Assembly (NCBI GenBank): GCA_000002445.1
Contig: CP000069.1
Location: 1,376,001 to 1,440,000, forward strand
Direction of reading: 5' to 3'
From: Trypanosoma brucei
Taxonomy: Eukaryota
Length of the DNA stretch: 64,000 nucleotides
A program made the position numbers and the translations under genes. The notes under the pieces are model-generated. The model ran no database searches, was not told the origin of the DNA, and saw nothing but the letters and a program-made list of their open reading frames with translations. The stretch's first letter is position 1; every line of letters starts with the position of its first letter. Positions 1-10,634 of the stretch are shown piece by piece.

Positions 1-404
1 AAAGAAAGTTCTTTTTTAAAGTTAAACTTAAAGTTAAATATAATAACACCACTAAAACAAACAAACAAACGAATAAACAACAACAACAACAAAAAGAAAG
101 CAACCGGATGGGGAAATATATATATATATATATACGAAAATGTTCGACAAAAAGAAAAAGAAATAACATTGTTTAATTGTTTGCGTGTGTTTGGTGTACG
201 TGTGTTCGTTTGTGTGTATGTGTATGCACTGGAGAGTTCGAAAGTGTGTGTTAGGTGTGATAGGGGAATTTCGTTTTCAAAACAAAAACGAACAAACAAA
301 CAAACTTCTTTTTAATTCCTCAAGGTAGGCAAAACAAAACTAATTTTTTTTAAAAAAAATTAAAAACAATATTCACTACCACTGCACGATAGTGAATATT
401 GTCT

Positions 405-435
405 GTCTGTCTGTTTGTTTGTTTGTTTGTGTGTT
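405..435. repeat. (TGTC)3(TGTT)4 tract. Its complement (CAAA/ACAA)n is found at 55..95 and 285..300.
   Basis: Direct read. Together the tracts form an imperfect long-range inverted arrangement across 0.05-0.43 kb. Confidence 0.8.
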
Positions 436-973
436 TTTTTGTGTGTTTGTGCTTGTTTGTACTACCCATTGCTGCTTTACATATATATGTTTGGAGACTC
501 GCTCTTCCATGTTATCTCGTTTCTTTCCCTTGAATTTGTTGGAGTGGAGTGGGAGGGGGAGAGGAAAAAAAAAAATAAAATAAAAATAAAAACTGTTTGT
601 TTTTGTTTTTGTTGTTTGTATTTCCGTTTCACTTTTTTCTTCTTTTGTCTGTCTGTGTTCTTATATTTTTAATATTGTTTCATATTGATTTTCATTTTAT
701 TGCTCCCGCTCTCCCTACTCTTTTACTCTGTTAGCTCCCATATTCTCCTCAGAACCTGCGTCAAAACTTCACTTTTTTTTTCTTTGCAACTTCTTCTTTT
801 TTAAAAAAAAATCTCTTTATCTAATGTTCGTTTCATCCACACTAGTAAATATAAGAAAGGAGAGAAAAAACACATATTTGCTTATAATATAAGAAGCATA
901 CGCACATACATATATATTTATCTATCACAAAAATAGCAATAATAATAATAGCATATATTATTATACATTATAT

Positions 974-976
<3 letters not shown>

Positions 977-1004
<28 letters not shown>
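977..1004. repeat. (TG)14 microsatellite in the cyclin 5' region. Similar (TG)n tracts occur at 7094..7117, 21732..21751, 26884..26907 and 63882..63899.
   Basis: This is a direct read of perfect dinucleotide runs. Four of the five lie 15-130 nt upstream of an ATG. Confidence 0.95.
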
Positions 1005-1008
<4 letters not shown>

Positions 1009-1033
1009 CGTAAAAAAGGATTTCACAAGTTAC

Positions 1034-1675
1034 ATGTCGGAAAGGGACAAGCAGCGAAGGTCGCTGGAGCGGGAGCGCATGGCGACTGTCATTTTTTCGT
1101 ATATTTCCCATTTGATGAGGACACATGAAGAAGAAACGACAGTTGCTGATGAGTTCATTCCATCAACGAAGTTTTTTCGTACAGAAACTCTACCAAACAT
1201 ATCACTTATTCACTACGTCCGACGCGTTGTGGAACATATGAACTGCTCTCCAGAGGCGTACATATTTGCACTCGCGTACATTCGAAGGTTATTCGTTGCA
1301 GGTTTCCCGTTACACACTCATTCCATTTATCGCCTTCTTCTCACCGCCGTTGTCGTTGCGACGCGAGTTCGGGATGATTTTTTATTCTCCAAAAAATATT
1401 ATTCAAAAGTGGGAGGCGTAACCGCTTGCGACCTCAACATGATGGAAATTCATTTTCTCGCTGATCTTCTTGAGTATCGAGTGGAGGTATCACCTGATGA
1501 GTATCGGGTTCTTTGCAATGAAATCACGGCGCTGCTGTCATCTGAAGTCTCAAAGTTTGACGGCAATTCATCAAACCCAAATAATGACACCGCTGCTGAG
1601 GGAGTTGCATCAATTCAAGAGCCGGTGGGAAACTCAAAGCCCCGTTGGATGTCGGAGTGTTGTTTATATTGGTAA
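1034..1675 (+). CDS. PHO80-like (CYC2-family) cyclin. Track ORF 977..1675 begins at a non-ATG TTG inside a (TG)n tract, so the first ATG at 1034 (MSERDKQRR...) is used.
   Basis: The cyclin-box-like segment (...EAYIFALAYIRRLFVAGFPLHTHSIYRLLLTAVVVATRV...NMMEIHFLADLLEYRVEVSPDEY...) is typical of PHO80/PCL-type cyclins found in kinetoplastids. The strand matches the other genes. Confidence 0.6.
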   Translation: MSERDKQRRSLERERMATVIFSYISHLMRTHEEETTVADEFIPSTKFFRTETLPNISLIHYVRRVVEHMNCSPEAYIFALAYIRRLFVAGFPLHTHSIYRLLLTAVVVATRVRDDFLFSKKYYSKVGGVTACDLNMMEIHFLADLLEYRVEVSPDEYRVLCNEITALLSSEVSKFDGNSSNPNNDTAAEGVASIQEPVGNSKPRWMSECCLYW

Positions 1676-2649
1676 CAATGTAATCATTTCAGCATATGAA
1701 CCCATACATGATGGTAGTGTAAATAAATATGTAGGCAAATTTATGCAAATGTTTGTGTGCCTTTATGTATGGGTGTAATTCTCATTGTGTGTCTCCAGTC
1801 CCTTTCAATTTGTTTTTTATTTTTAGTTTATTTTTGTTCTGTGATTTTATTCCTTCCTTTTCCCTTCCCGTATTGTTCGCGCTATTAGTGTTGCACGTCT
1901 TCAAGTATTGGTAAATAAATAAATAAATATATATATATTTCTTTGTTATCATTATCATTGTTGTTATTATCATTTACTCACTGAGTTTATGTTTACTTTA
2001 TTGTAGTGTTACCATTCATTAATTGTTCTCTCTAACATTTATTTACTTTCACTATTTTCATTATTTTAATTTTATCTTCCCAGGAGGTGGAGATCGGGGG
2101 TTGAATAGGAGGAGGAAAGTTCTGCAATAAACCTGAACTTTCTTTGTTGTTTCTCTTTTTTATTTAAGAAAAAAAAACTTTCCCCTCCCGTTCACAAACA
2201 CTGTAGGGAGCGATGAAACCACTTTTGGCATTTAACAGAAATAGATTTATATATATATATATTTATATTTTTTAAAAATTTTGACCACCCTCCCTTACAC
2301 TTATTTATCATCATCGGGGTTTTAATATATATTTTTTATTATCACAATGTAATTGTACCGTGAGGGGACTTACTATTATTTTTGAAATGCAGCTACTAAG
2401 ATCGGATGCTGTGTAGAATATATATATTTTTTGGTTTTTTTTTTGAGAGTTACTCAGCCACCGCGTAGCATTGGTTTCCTTTTGTCTCTTTTTATTGTAC
2501 CTCATATATATATATATATATATGTATTCGTGTATGTCCAAAATTAACAAACGAAATAAATGCATAAACAAATATGTGATGCATATATTTATTTCTTGTT
2601 TCTCTAAAAAAAGTAGGAAGTGTATTGGAGAGGAGTTAGGGTTATAGAG

Positions 2650-4308
2650 ATGTCCAAAGGTTACACGGTATATTCCCTCATGCATCAACCGCAAGAGACG
2701 GTTATTAATGAATCGTTAATCAGGGAATGCATTTACCTTCCAACTGCTCGTGTTACAGATGAGGAGCGTATGCGTTTTGTATGTGCCCGTGAGGAAGTTC
2801 AGCGAAAAAAGCGGGCAAAGGCCGCGATGGAGACCATGGAGTTGCGTAATGTAACAACACTGTTGGCATCATACCGGCGTATCGGAAGAATTGAAAACCT
2901 TGTTGGACTGGGCAACTTGACGAAGTTGGCACTAGACAATAATCTTATCACGACAATCAACAACTTAGGGCATCTGAAGAAGTTACAGTGGTTAGATCTA
3001 AGCTTTAATCAAATTACAGAGATAAGTGGTTTAGAGGAACTTACAGAACTCGACACACTTTCTCTCTTTGCAAACAAAATTTCAGTCCTACAAGGCATGG
3101 ACACGTTGACTAAACTAACATCGCTGAGCATCGGGAATAATAATATTGAGGCACTTGAAGACGCGGCCCGTTACTTACATCGAATCACAAGCCTTCGTGT
3201 TCTTACCTTAAAGGGAAACCGCGTGGAGAGGCAACCGCTTTACCGAACCCGTCTTTTGGCTTTTGTTCCTTCATTGCAGTTTTTGGATGGTCTCATTGTG
3301 CGACGAAGTGAAGTTGTGAAGGCTCGTGAAGAGCAACGTGAGCATTTGATGCCCATAGACGAGGAGGATCAACGTATAGCAAGTGAACTAAAGGCCCAAC
3401 AGGATGCTGAGGATATACGAAAAGATTATCAGAGATTTAACTGCCCTGACGAAACGAAGTTCTACGACGAATTGTTCCACCTGGAGGTGGATGGACGCAG
3501 CCTGTCTGAGATATTGCGGTTAGATGTTTTCGCCATGTTGTCGAAGGATTTAATTGAAAAATTCCAGGTGGAGTTCACTGAAAAGGCAAAGGATCTCGCG
3601 GAAACCATGAAGGCTATCCGTGCAAAGCGTGATGCCGATGAGCGAGTCTTCCAATCCACGGCCGACCGATACAAACATAACAATGCAGAGGCTTCCAAAA
3701 AAATTATAAAAGAATTCGAGAAGGAACTTAAGGTGCACATCCCGCGCACCTCTGGGAAGCACGACTCCAATGGAAAGGAGTTGCCTCAGGAAGTAATTGT
3801 GAGATTTGAGAAGCGTTTGCAGGAAGTACGGCACCAACTCATGGAGAAGGAAGCTGATCAATACGACGCTCTGGAATCTTTGAATGCTGGTACCATTGCG
3901 AAGTGGAAGGGGGACGCTGTCGATGTTATACTCCAAACCGCGTTTGAGAATTTTCTCAAGATGGAAGTTGATTTTCATGCTGGGCTCCGGAAGCTGTTCG
4001 ATACCGTGTTTGAAATGCGGCAGAAGCAGGAACATCAGTCCGATACTTACCATCAGCTGAAGCAGGAAGAGAGCTTGTTAACTGTTGTTGACAACAAAGA
4101 GGAATATTTGAAATTTCTTGGTGACTGGTTTGAGGCACGGAGGAAGCGCTTAGAAGAACTGGAACAGTTTTATGTTAAGAACGAGGAAAACCTGCTTAAC
4201 GAGCGGTCAGCCCGTATATTGAAAGATGAGCAGTGCCGACACAGAAACCGTATGAATGAAATACACGAGTTCGTGGAACAGATGTCCCTGTGGGTCCACA
4301 GTTGTTAG
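2650..4308 (+). CDS. Leucine-rich-repeat protein with SDS22-like 22-residue repeats and a long C-terminal coiled coil. It is possibly an axonemal DRC3/LRRC48-like protein.
   Basis: Tandem LxxLxxLxLxxNxIxxIxxL repeats (NLTKLALDNNLITTINNLGHLKKLQWLDLSFNQITEISGLEELTELDTLSLFANKISVLQGMDTLTKLTSLSIGNNNIE...) are followed by K/E-rich heptad sequence. The first ATG is at 2650; the track start 2620 is GTG. Confidence 0.6.
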   Translation: MSKGYTVYSLMHQPQETVINESLIRECIYLPTARVTDEERMRFVCAREEVQRKKRAKAAMETMELRNVTTLLASYRRIGRIENLVGLGNLTKLALDNNLITTINNLGHLKKLQWLDLSFNQITEISGLEELTELDTLSLFANKISVLQGMDTLTKLTSLSIGNNNIEALEDAARYLHRITSLRVLTLKGNRVERQPLYRTRLLAFVPSLQFLDGLIVRRSEVVKAREEQREHLMPIDEEDQRIASELKAQQDAEDIRKDYQRFNCPDETKFYDELFHLEVDGRSLSEILRLDVFAMLSKDLIEKFQVEFTEKAKDLAETMKAIRAKRDADERVFQSTADRYKHNNAEASKKIIKEFEKELKVHIPRTSGKHDSNGKELPQEVIVRFEKRLQEVRHQLMEKEADQYDALESLNAGTIAKWKGDAVDVILQTAFENFLKMEVDFHAGLRKLFDTVFEMRQKQEHQSDTYHQLKQEESLLTVVDNKEEYLKFLGDWFEARRKRLEELEQFYVKNEENLLNERSARILKDEQCRHRNRMNEIHEFVEQMSLWVHSC

Positions 4309-4385
4309 ATGTGTCATGTAAAAACAGTGCATGAAGACGAGGAACATGCGTGCGTGTGTACAATTATTTGCCAGAAACTTGGGAC

Positions 4386-4386
<1 letters not shown>

Positions 4387-4419
<33 letters not shown>
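4387..4419. repeat. (AT)16 microsatellite in the 3' flank of the LRR gene. Further (TA)n runs occur at 117..134, 2504..2523 and 41118..41131.
   Basis: Direct read. Confidence 0.95.
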
Positions 4420-4420
<1 letters not shown>

Positions 4421-4620
4421 GGCTCCTCAATGGCCTTTTCACCCTTCAACCACCTGTCAGCTTTTTGCGGGGAAGAAGGGTGATTTTTTACATATGTTAT
4501 TTTATCACTTTCTTCCCCCCCCCTTCGTTCCTGCGGAAACCTATTCGGTGGTTCTCTTCTGTCCATGTGACTAATCACTGAGTTGTCCTTAGCTGCAGCC
4601 AAGTAGTTTCAGCACTTTAT

Positions 4621-4665
4621 TTATGTATTTTCTTTTTTTTCTTTTACTTTCTCTTCCGCTAATTA
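4621..4665 (+). promoter_or_regulatory. Polypyrimidine tract plus downstream AG, a candidate trans-splicing acceptor region for RPL15
   Basis: ttatgtattttcttttttttcttttactttctcttccgc lies ~60 nt upstream of the RPL15 ATG. This is the kinetoplastid spliced-leader acceptor architecture. Confidence 0.4.
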
Positions 4666-4713
4666 TCTTTGGTTGCGTGTCTGTGACGGCTCAGTCGTAG
4701 GAAGCTAGAAGCC

Positions 4714-5328
4714 ATGGGGGCGTTCATGTACATGAATGAGCTATGGAAGAAGAAGTCTTCCGATGTGATGCGCTTCATCCAGCGTGTTCGTGCGTGGGAA
4801 TTCCGTCACCAGCACACCATCGTACGTCTGCGTCGCCCCACACGTCCTGAAAAGGCCCGTATGGTTGGCTACAAAACCAAACAGGGTTATGTTGTGTTCC
4901 GCGTGCGTGTGCGACGTGGTGGACGCAAGCGCCCCGTACACAAGGGTATCACATACGGTAAACCCAACACTGCTGGTGTGCTCGGCAGGAAATTGAACAA
5001 GAACAACCGCGTTGTGGCCGAACAGCGTCTTGGAAAGAAGTACGGAAACCTGCGCGTGCTCAACTCCTATTGGGTAAATGCGGACTCGACATTCCTGTGG
5101 TATGAAGTGGTGGCGGTGGACCCGATGCACCGCACCATTCGCCGTGACCCGCGCATCAATTGGATCGTCAACGCTGTTCACAAGCACCGTGAGCAACGTG
5201 GTCTTACATCTGCGGGTCGCAAGCACCGTGGGCTACGGCAGAAGGGCCACAAGGCCTCCAAACTCCGCCCATCTCGCCGTGCAGCGTGGCGCCGCAACAA
5301 CCGTATGGTGTTCCTCCGCAAGCGTTAG
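4714..5328 (+). CDS. RPL15: 60S ribosomal protein L15e
   Basis: The 204 aa product aligns end to end with eukaryotic RPL15 (MGA.MY..ELWKKK.SDVMRF..RVR.WE.R......[35 protein letters not shown]....V...; ...[12 protein letters not shown]....EV...DP.H..IRR.P...WI....[17 protein letters not shown]...GH...). Confidence 0.92.
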   Translation: MGAFMYMNELWKKKSSDVMRFIQRVRAWEFRHQHTIVRLRRPTRPEKARMVGYKTKQGYVVFRVRVRRGGRKRPVHKGITYGKPNTAGVLGRKLNKNNRVVAEQRLGKKYGNLRVLNSYWVNADSTFLWYEVVAVDPMHRTIRRDPRINWIVNAVHKHREQRGLTSAGRKHRGLRQKGHKASKLRPSRRAAWRRNNRMVFLRKR

Positions 5329-5836
5329 TCGTACATGCATTCGCAAAGCAAGTTGTTGGGGATATTCCGTGTCACAATTCCTTGGTTGTTTTCCTTTTTA
5401 CGACACCGTCCCTTTTTATTTTTACTTTTTTATTTGGTGAGTGGGATGAGAGGTGGGTATGGACATGGGAGAGATGGTGGCGAAACCGACCCTCTTTCTT
5501 CGGTACTCGATTCCTGTTGTATCCCTTGCCCCTTCTCACTTCTGTTTCAAACTCTTCACTTTATATTTGGCTTTGGGCAACGTGTTTTGCTTCCTCTAGT
5601 GGGCCGTTTCTCCCTGGAGTTGCGGATTCTGTGATTTGGATACTTTCAAACATATATGCTTCCTCCATTTTTTTTTTTTTGCTCCTTCTTCAATTCTTTT
5701 CCTTGATTGCTTCTCTGCCGGTACATATATGTATATGTATATACCTGCCTTGAGTGTGGATTATATAACGTTTCGTAGTACTGCATCGTAGTTTCGGTTC
5801 ACTCTTGTAAGACAGCATTGTGGAAGTGTTGAACTG

Positions 5837-6511
5837 ATGGCGGTTGAATCCGATGTGTTGCCTCCGCTAACGCGCCTCCCTCCTGATGAGGCCCTCAGTT
5901 TTATCTGGAAGATAACCCGATCAATTTTAATACTTGTTTTTGTCATTTTCGCAGTGATCCCTGCATTATGTGGCACCGTGTACCCTCCTTTTTCAGCTTT
6001 GTGGGATGTCATAGCTGCGATATCTCCATACACGTGGGGTTCCGTGGGAATAGGTATCGGTATTTCCCTTTCCATCGGTGGTGCGGCATGGGGAATATTG
6101 ACAACTGCTTCGTCTCTTAGCGGAGCGGCAATCCGTGCACCTCAGATACGGAGCAAGAATCTTATATCCATAATTTTTTGTGAAGCTGTTGCCATCTATG
6201 GTGTTATCTTATCCATTATTATGATGGGTAAGATGGAAGCAGATGGAAAAGCAGTGGACAGCAGTGGGATCTTCACTTATCGTGCAGCTGCAGCTGGTTT
6301 TACGCTTTTTGCAGCTGGTTTGGCAGTTGGTCTTGGGAATATGTGCTGCGGAATTGCTGTTGGTGTTGTCGGGAGCAGTTGCGCCATTGCTGACGCTCAT
6401 AGCAGCTCACTATTCGTGAAGATACTTGTAATTGAAATTTTTGCTTCAGCACTTGGTATATTCTCCGTTATTGTTGGTATTCTCATGGCCCAAAAGGCGG
6501 TGATGGTATAA
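5837..6511 (+). CDS. V-type H+-ATPase proteolipid subunit c'' (VMA16-like, 21 kDa)
   Basis: The 224 aa product has five predicted TM helices and an internally duplicated proteolipid fold (GAAWGILTTASSLSGAAIRAPQIRSKNLISIIFCEAVAIYGVILSIIM ... GLAVGLGNMCCGIAVGVVGSSCAIADAHSSSLFVKILVIEIFASALGIFSVIVGILMA), with the conserved glutamate in a C-terminal helix. Confidence 0.75.
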   Translation: MAVESDVLPPLTRLPPDEALSFIWKITRSILILVFVIFAVIPALCGTVYPPFSALWDVIAAISPYTWGSVGIGIGISLSIGGAAWGILTTASSLSGAAIRAPQIRSKNLISIIFCEAVAIYGVILSIIMMGKMEADGKAVDSSGIFTYRAAAAGFTLFAAGLAVGLGNMCCGIAVGVVGSSCAIADAHSSSLFVKILVIEIFASALGIFSVIVGILMAQKAVMV

Positions 6512-7131
6512 AGCGTGGAGGGGGAAAAAAAAAGAAAAAGGGAGGGAGCGAAGAAGAGGGAAAGAAAAGGGTTTGATGGGAGGGATAAAAAATTAGAGAA
6601 AAGTTCAAAAAGGACAAAATAAAGAGGAAGAGGAACCCCCTCACGGTATTGGAAAATGCCGTCCATACGGGTTTTCCCACCCCCGGTTTTGGATGCCTTT
6701 CACAAATAACGTCAGAATACTTGAGTTCTTTTTTATTATATTTTACAACCCCTGCTGTTTATCTTCCTTTCCTAACCCCGTCAATCACCTTTCTTTTTTT
6801 TTCTTCTTCTGTTTTTTAAATCCACAATACACTCTGAATCTTACATTTTCTCCTCTTCTCTTTTCCAGGTTCTTTTGCCTTCTGAGCCCTCCGTAGGGCT
6901 CCGCTGCAACAGGTACTCGACTACAACATTAAGCCTGCCGCGTTACTACGTTCTACGTAGTATCGGTTGTAATCTCTTCTTTTCTTTTTTTCCCCCTCTC
7001 TGTTTAGTTGAAGTTCTTACCTTTTTTTTAAAAATTATTTTTTCTCCCTTCTCCATTTTAATGCTTCCCAAAGGAAGGTTGGTGAGAGAGCTTTGTGTGT
7101 GTGTGTGTGTGTGTCTTATGCTGGTGTAGGA

Positions 7132-7587
7132 ATGGCTGCCTCACAGCTTATCGCGACCCGCTTTACAGATTTGCTCGCTGAAGGGAATATTGAAAGTGCC
7201 CTCAAGTACATAGCTAATGATGTGGTTTACAACACATGGTTGGGTGTTGTGTACGGAAAGGATAATGTGGAAGTATTTCTGCGCGATAACGTCCGATTTG
7301 TTCACCACGGGAGGAATTACAATCGATGGAAACAAGTTCAACACAGTTTGGATGCCTCACTCAAACAGTTCACTGTGAATGATGTTAGCGGCTACGACGA
7401 GAGCGCGCTTGACGTTCGCTCGTATTATGATTCAGAGGGATATGACTCGCAGGGATATGCCACATTTGAGCGTGACGGGACAATTGCATCACATGCTAAA
7501 TTCGCTGTGTTTCATGTAAAGGTGAAGGAGACAGTTGTTTTACGTAACAACAAGGTGGTATTGGTTAATGTGTCGAAGCGAGCATGA
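7132..7587 (+). CDS. Hypothetical protein of about 151 aa. Track ORF 7093..7587 starts at a non-ATG codon inside a (TG)n tract; the first ATG is at 7132 (MAASQLIATRF...).
   Basis: It is an uninterrupted ORF in the sense orientation of the unit, with GC content above the flanking spacers. I recognise no family. Confidence 0.4.
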   Translation: MAASQLIATRFTDLLAEGNIESALKYIANDVVYNTWLGVVYGKDNVEVFLRDNVRFVHHGRNYNRWKQVQHSLDASLKQFTVNDVSGYDESALDVRSYYDSEGYDSQGYATFERDGTIASHAKFAVFHVKVKETVVLRNNKVVLVNVSKRA

Positions 7588-7938
7588 AGGTTGTGCGCCC
7601 GTTCGTATCTTTTTTCTTTAGCCGTCTCCTTCTACCTTCCTGAGCCGTTTTAAGCGGCATAATTCGCATGTTCTTGTGTGACATATTCGTAAGTGTAAAT
7701 CTAGTGACTTGGTTTTATTTTACTTCGCTGCTTCTTTCCACTATAACAAAGCTTTATTAATTTCTCTCTTCTTATTTCCTCTTCCTATCCGTTTTGTAAA
7801 CGCCCTTTACACACATGTAAACGCGCTTCCATTTTTAATTTTTTTTAATTTTTTGAAAAAAATATAAACATACCTGTGTTTATATTGCTGTTTATATTTT
7901 ATATTTTGATACAGTTAAAGATACAAACGACATTGGCA

Positions 7939-9303
7939 ATGCGAGCAAACCCAATTGAGCGAAGAAAAGAAAGGGAGACTGCGCTCTCCGTGCGACAGAG
8001 GGAGTTGGAAGAGTTGCGTCAACGGAAAGCACAGCTGGGGGAGGAATTAGGCATGGAACTCAGTGCGTTAGAAGGTGACAATCTTGCAGCGGCCTTTCCT
8101 GTTATTCAATATTGTGGTTCGAGGCCAAAAAAGGATGCAAAAAAGATTCCAGTGGAGAGCCTGGGAAGTGTGATGAACCAATTCGAGATTGCCATCAAGG
8201 CAATTTCACAGAATAACCGAGATATTGAACAACAGATTACTGACCTCAATCGCACCATTGGCGTGGAAGCTCAACGCTTTACCAAGTTAAAGCGGCATTC
8301 AAAGGAACTTGCAGATGCCACAGGTGTCAGCCTGGACCCCAATGCTGTGCAACACCTCGCTGGTAAATCCCGAGATGGAGAGGACTGCAGTGGTGGTTTA
8401 AAGGAACTTGAGGAAACAACTGTGGTGTTGGAGGAACGTAAGGCTCTCGTTGAGAAAGAAATCAGGGCTGCACGCCAGCTTGTAAAAAAGAAGGAGGAGG
8501 CTGTTCTTGCAATGAGCAGTGCGCTGGAGTCACGCCAAGAAGAAATTGATCAGTTGAACAGATTGTACAACGATATCCGCGTTGTAGATCGTGATATCAA
8601 ATGTGAAAAGGAGACACTTCGAGAGATAATCAGTGAGCATGACATTGTGGATACCAAACTTAATGAAGCCATTGAAAGAAATGTATCACGAACTCGTTTA
8701 CTTATTGAGCAAGGTATTAATGAGATCAAGACAGAAATTGCTGATTCTGTGAGTGTATCGAGGCGTGGACAAGAACGGGTAATGAAGGCTCAAGAGTTCC
8801 GCATTGACCAGCTTGAGAAGCGACTTGATTGTATTAATAAGGCTCTGAAAAACAACCACCTCACGCGAGATGTGGAGGCCATTGTTTCTCACAAGTGGGC
8901 TGCGGCAGGTGATGCTCTTGTTGCTGCAACACCTGATGAAAGTATGTATGATATTGAGGCAATTATACCACCACAGGAAAGGTGCCATCCTGCTATATAT
9001 AACCTTCTTCTAACTGAGAAGGAAAGGCTGGCGCGACGCATCAGTTTACTGGGTATCATTGCGAAAGAAAAGAAAGAAGTAATTGACGCTCTTGCGTGTA
9101 AAGCCGAAGCATTGGCACGTGAGTGCCAACAAGCCATTCAGGAGCTTGACCACGTGGCCTCTGCTGCTGCATATGAGGAGGAAATGCAGCGTGTTGAGGC
9201 TATGGAATACATTCAGAAACAGCGCCTTCACTACAGTGATCTATTCAAGGAAATGTGGAAGCTTAAGACAAAGAATCAGGGTCCACTGTGGAGGGCGTAT
9301 TAG
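7939..9303 (+). CDS. Coiled-coil hypothetical protein of about 454 aa. The first ATG is at 7939 (MRANPIERRKERETALSVRQRELEELRQRKAQLGEE...).
   Basis: It is a long E/K/R/Q-rich heptad-like sequence throughout, with no enzymatic motifs. It is on the sense strand. Confidence 0.5.
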   Translation: MRANPIERRKERETALSVRQRELEELRQRKAQLGEELGMELSALEGDNLAAAFPVIQYCGSRPKKDAKKIPVESLGSVMNQFEIAIKAISQNNRDIEQQITDLNRTIGVEAQRFTKLKRHSKELADATGVSLDPNAVQHLAGKSRDGEDCSGGLKELEETTVVLEERKALVEKEIRAARQLVKKKEEAVLAMSSALESRQEEIDQLNRLYNDIRVVDRDIKCEKETLREIISEHDIVDTKLNEAIERNVSRTRLLIEQGINEIKTEIADSVSVSRRGQERVMKAQEFRIDQLEKRLDCINKALKNNHLTRDVEAIVSHKWAAAGDALVAATPDESMYDIEAIIPPQERCHPAIYNLLLTEKERLARRISLLGIIAKEKKEVIDALACKAEALARECQQAIQELDHVASAAAYEEEMQRVEAMEYIQKQRLHYSDLFKEMWKLKTKNQGPLWRAY

Positions 9304-10634
9304 CAATGAGGAAGAAAAAAACAACAACAAAAGACAACAGTGGCGAAGAAAAGAAGAAAAAAAGAGGGGAAGTAAACAACTTCTGATAGCAGCAATTTGA
9401 GCACGTTTTGTAAAAAATGAAAAAAAAAGTGGAGGCTTTGTGGTCCCTTCTTTCTCCTCCTCCTCCTCCTCCCAATTTCATTCCACCGTATTGTTGAAGG
9501 GGACAAACGCTTCCGTTCGTGTGTCTTACTACCGTTCTCTTTTAATATCTTCTTCTATGATTTCTACGCATGCGTGCATTTGTTGGTGTGCTTGCGAGTA
9601 TGAAGATGAAAAAAAAATAAAAGAGGGGAATCTCGTTCCGTCGTTTCTTGCCTGTAATTTGTAATCATCGCTCTTCGGGGCCACCGCTCGCCGATGAAAA
9701 GAGGAGGGTAGGAGGTAAATTCCGTAAAAAAAAAACAGAGCAGCAGCAGTGAACTAACAAAAGTCAAAGAAGAATTTAAAAAAGAAAACACACAAGCGCG
9801 CACACACACAGAGAGAGAGAGAGAAACTGAAAAAAATTGAATTGAATTGAATTGAAGGATACGATGTTTAGAAGTGGAGAAGGATTGCGATGCGGTGTAA
9901 AAAAAAAAAATGGATGTTTCTTGTTTTTATCTTCTCTCTGTCCTTTTTTTTTGTTTTTGTAATCCCCTTCCCCACATTCTCTTTGACACCATCCCACTCT
10001 TAGCGGGAGTTGCAAAACTATAGCAAATTAATGCTAATCCAACCCACTTTGGCTTATGTCTTTCGTTTTTGTGACCGGTGCTCTATTTTTCCTTTTGTTT
10101 GTAAATCTCTTTTTCAACTTTTGCCCAATTGCCGTCATTTTTTTTTCCCTGTTGTGTACGCAACCGTGTGACACAGATTCGTGGTGTTTGGATTTTTCCA
10201 AAGATATCACGCAAGGAGAGGGAAGGACGAAGTGAGTCACGCACAAACGTAAAAAGGGTGGAGTAAAAAAAAAAAAGAAGACAAGAGGAATAATAGGAGA
10301 AACACACTTAATTGTGGGGTATAAGTCATTCAGCACCCCACAAGGTAACAGTAATTGACAGTTGACAAAAGAAATAATATTAAAAATAGTAACAATAATA
10401 AAAGGCTGTAGGTAAAGTACAAAGGTAGAGGGTGGCAGAAGGAATATTGGTGAGGGGGGACGCAGTTTTCGTGAGTGGGTGTATTGCCGTTTTTGCAGTG
10501 ATACGCGGTGGGAGGTAACTCATCTTTTTTTTTCTTTGTTTGTTTGGTTATTACCGTAACTTCCTTCTGCTTAGTTGAGAAAGTCGTGAGCGCGTACTGC
10601 CACGCGGGTGAAGGCGGCCCAAAGGTTACTGGGA

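Noticed and set aside
372-400. 8 bp inverted repeat attcacta(N13)tagtgaat, a hairpin candidate
   Set aside because: The stem is short, sits in an AT-rich spacer, and is expected by chance in this composition. It has no functional context.
5286-5753. 155 aa and 99 aa ORFs downstream of RPL15 (5286..5753, 5335..5634)
   Set aside because: They sit in a T-rich low-complexity spacer and overlap the RPL15 3' end. The translation (FLFTTPSLFIFTFLF...) is typical of pyrimidine-tract read-through.
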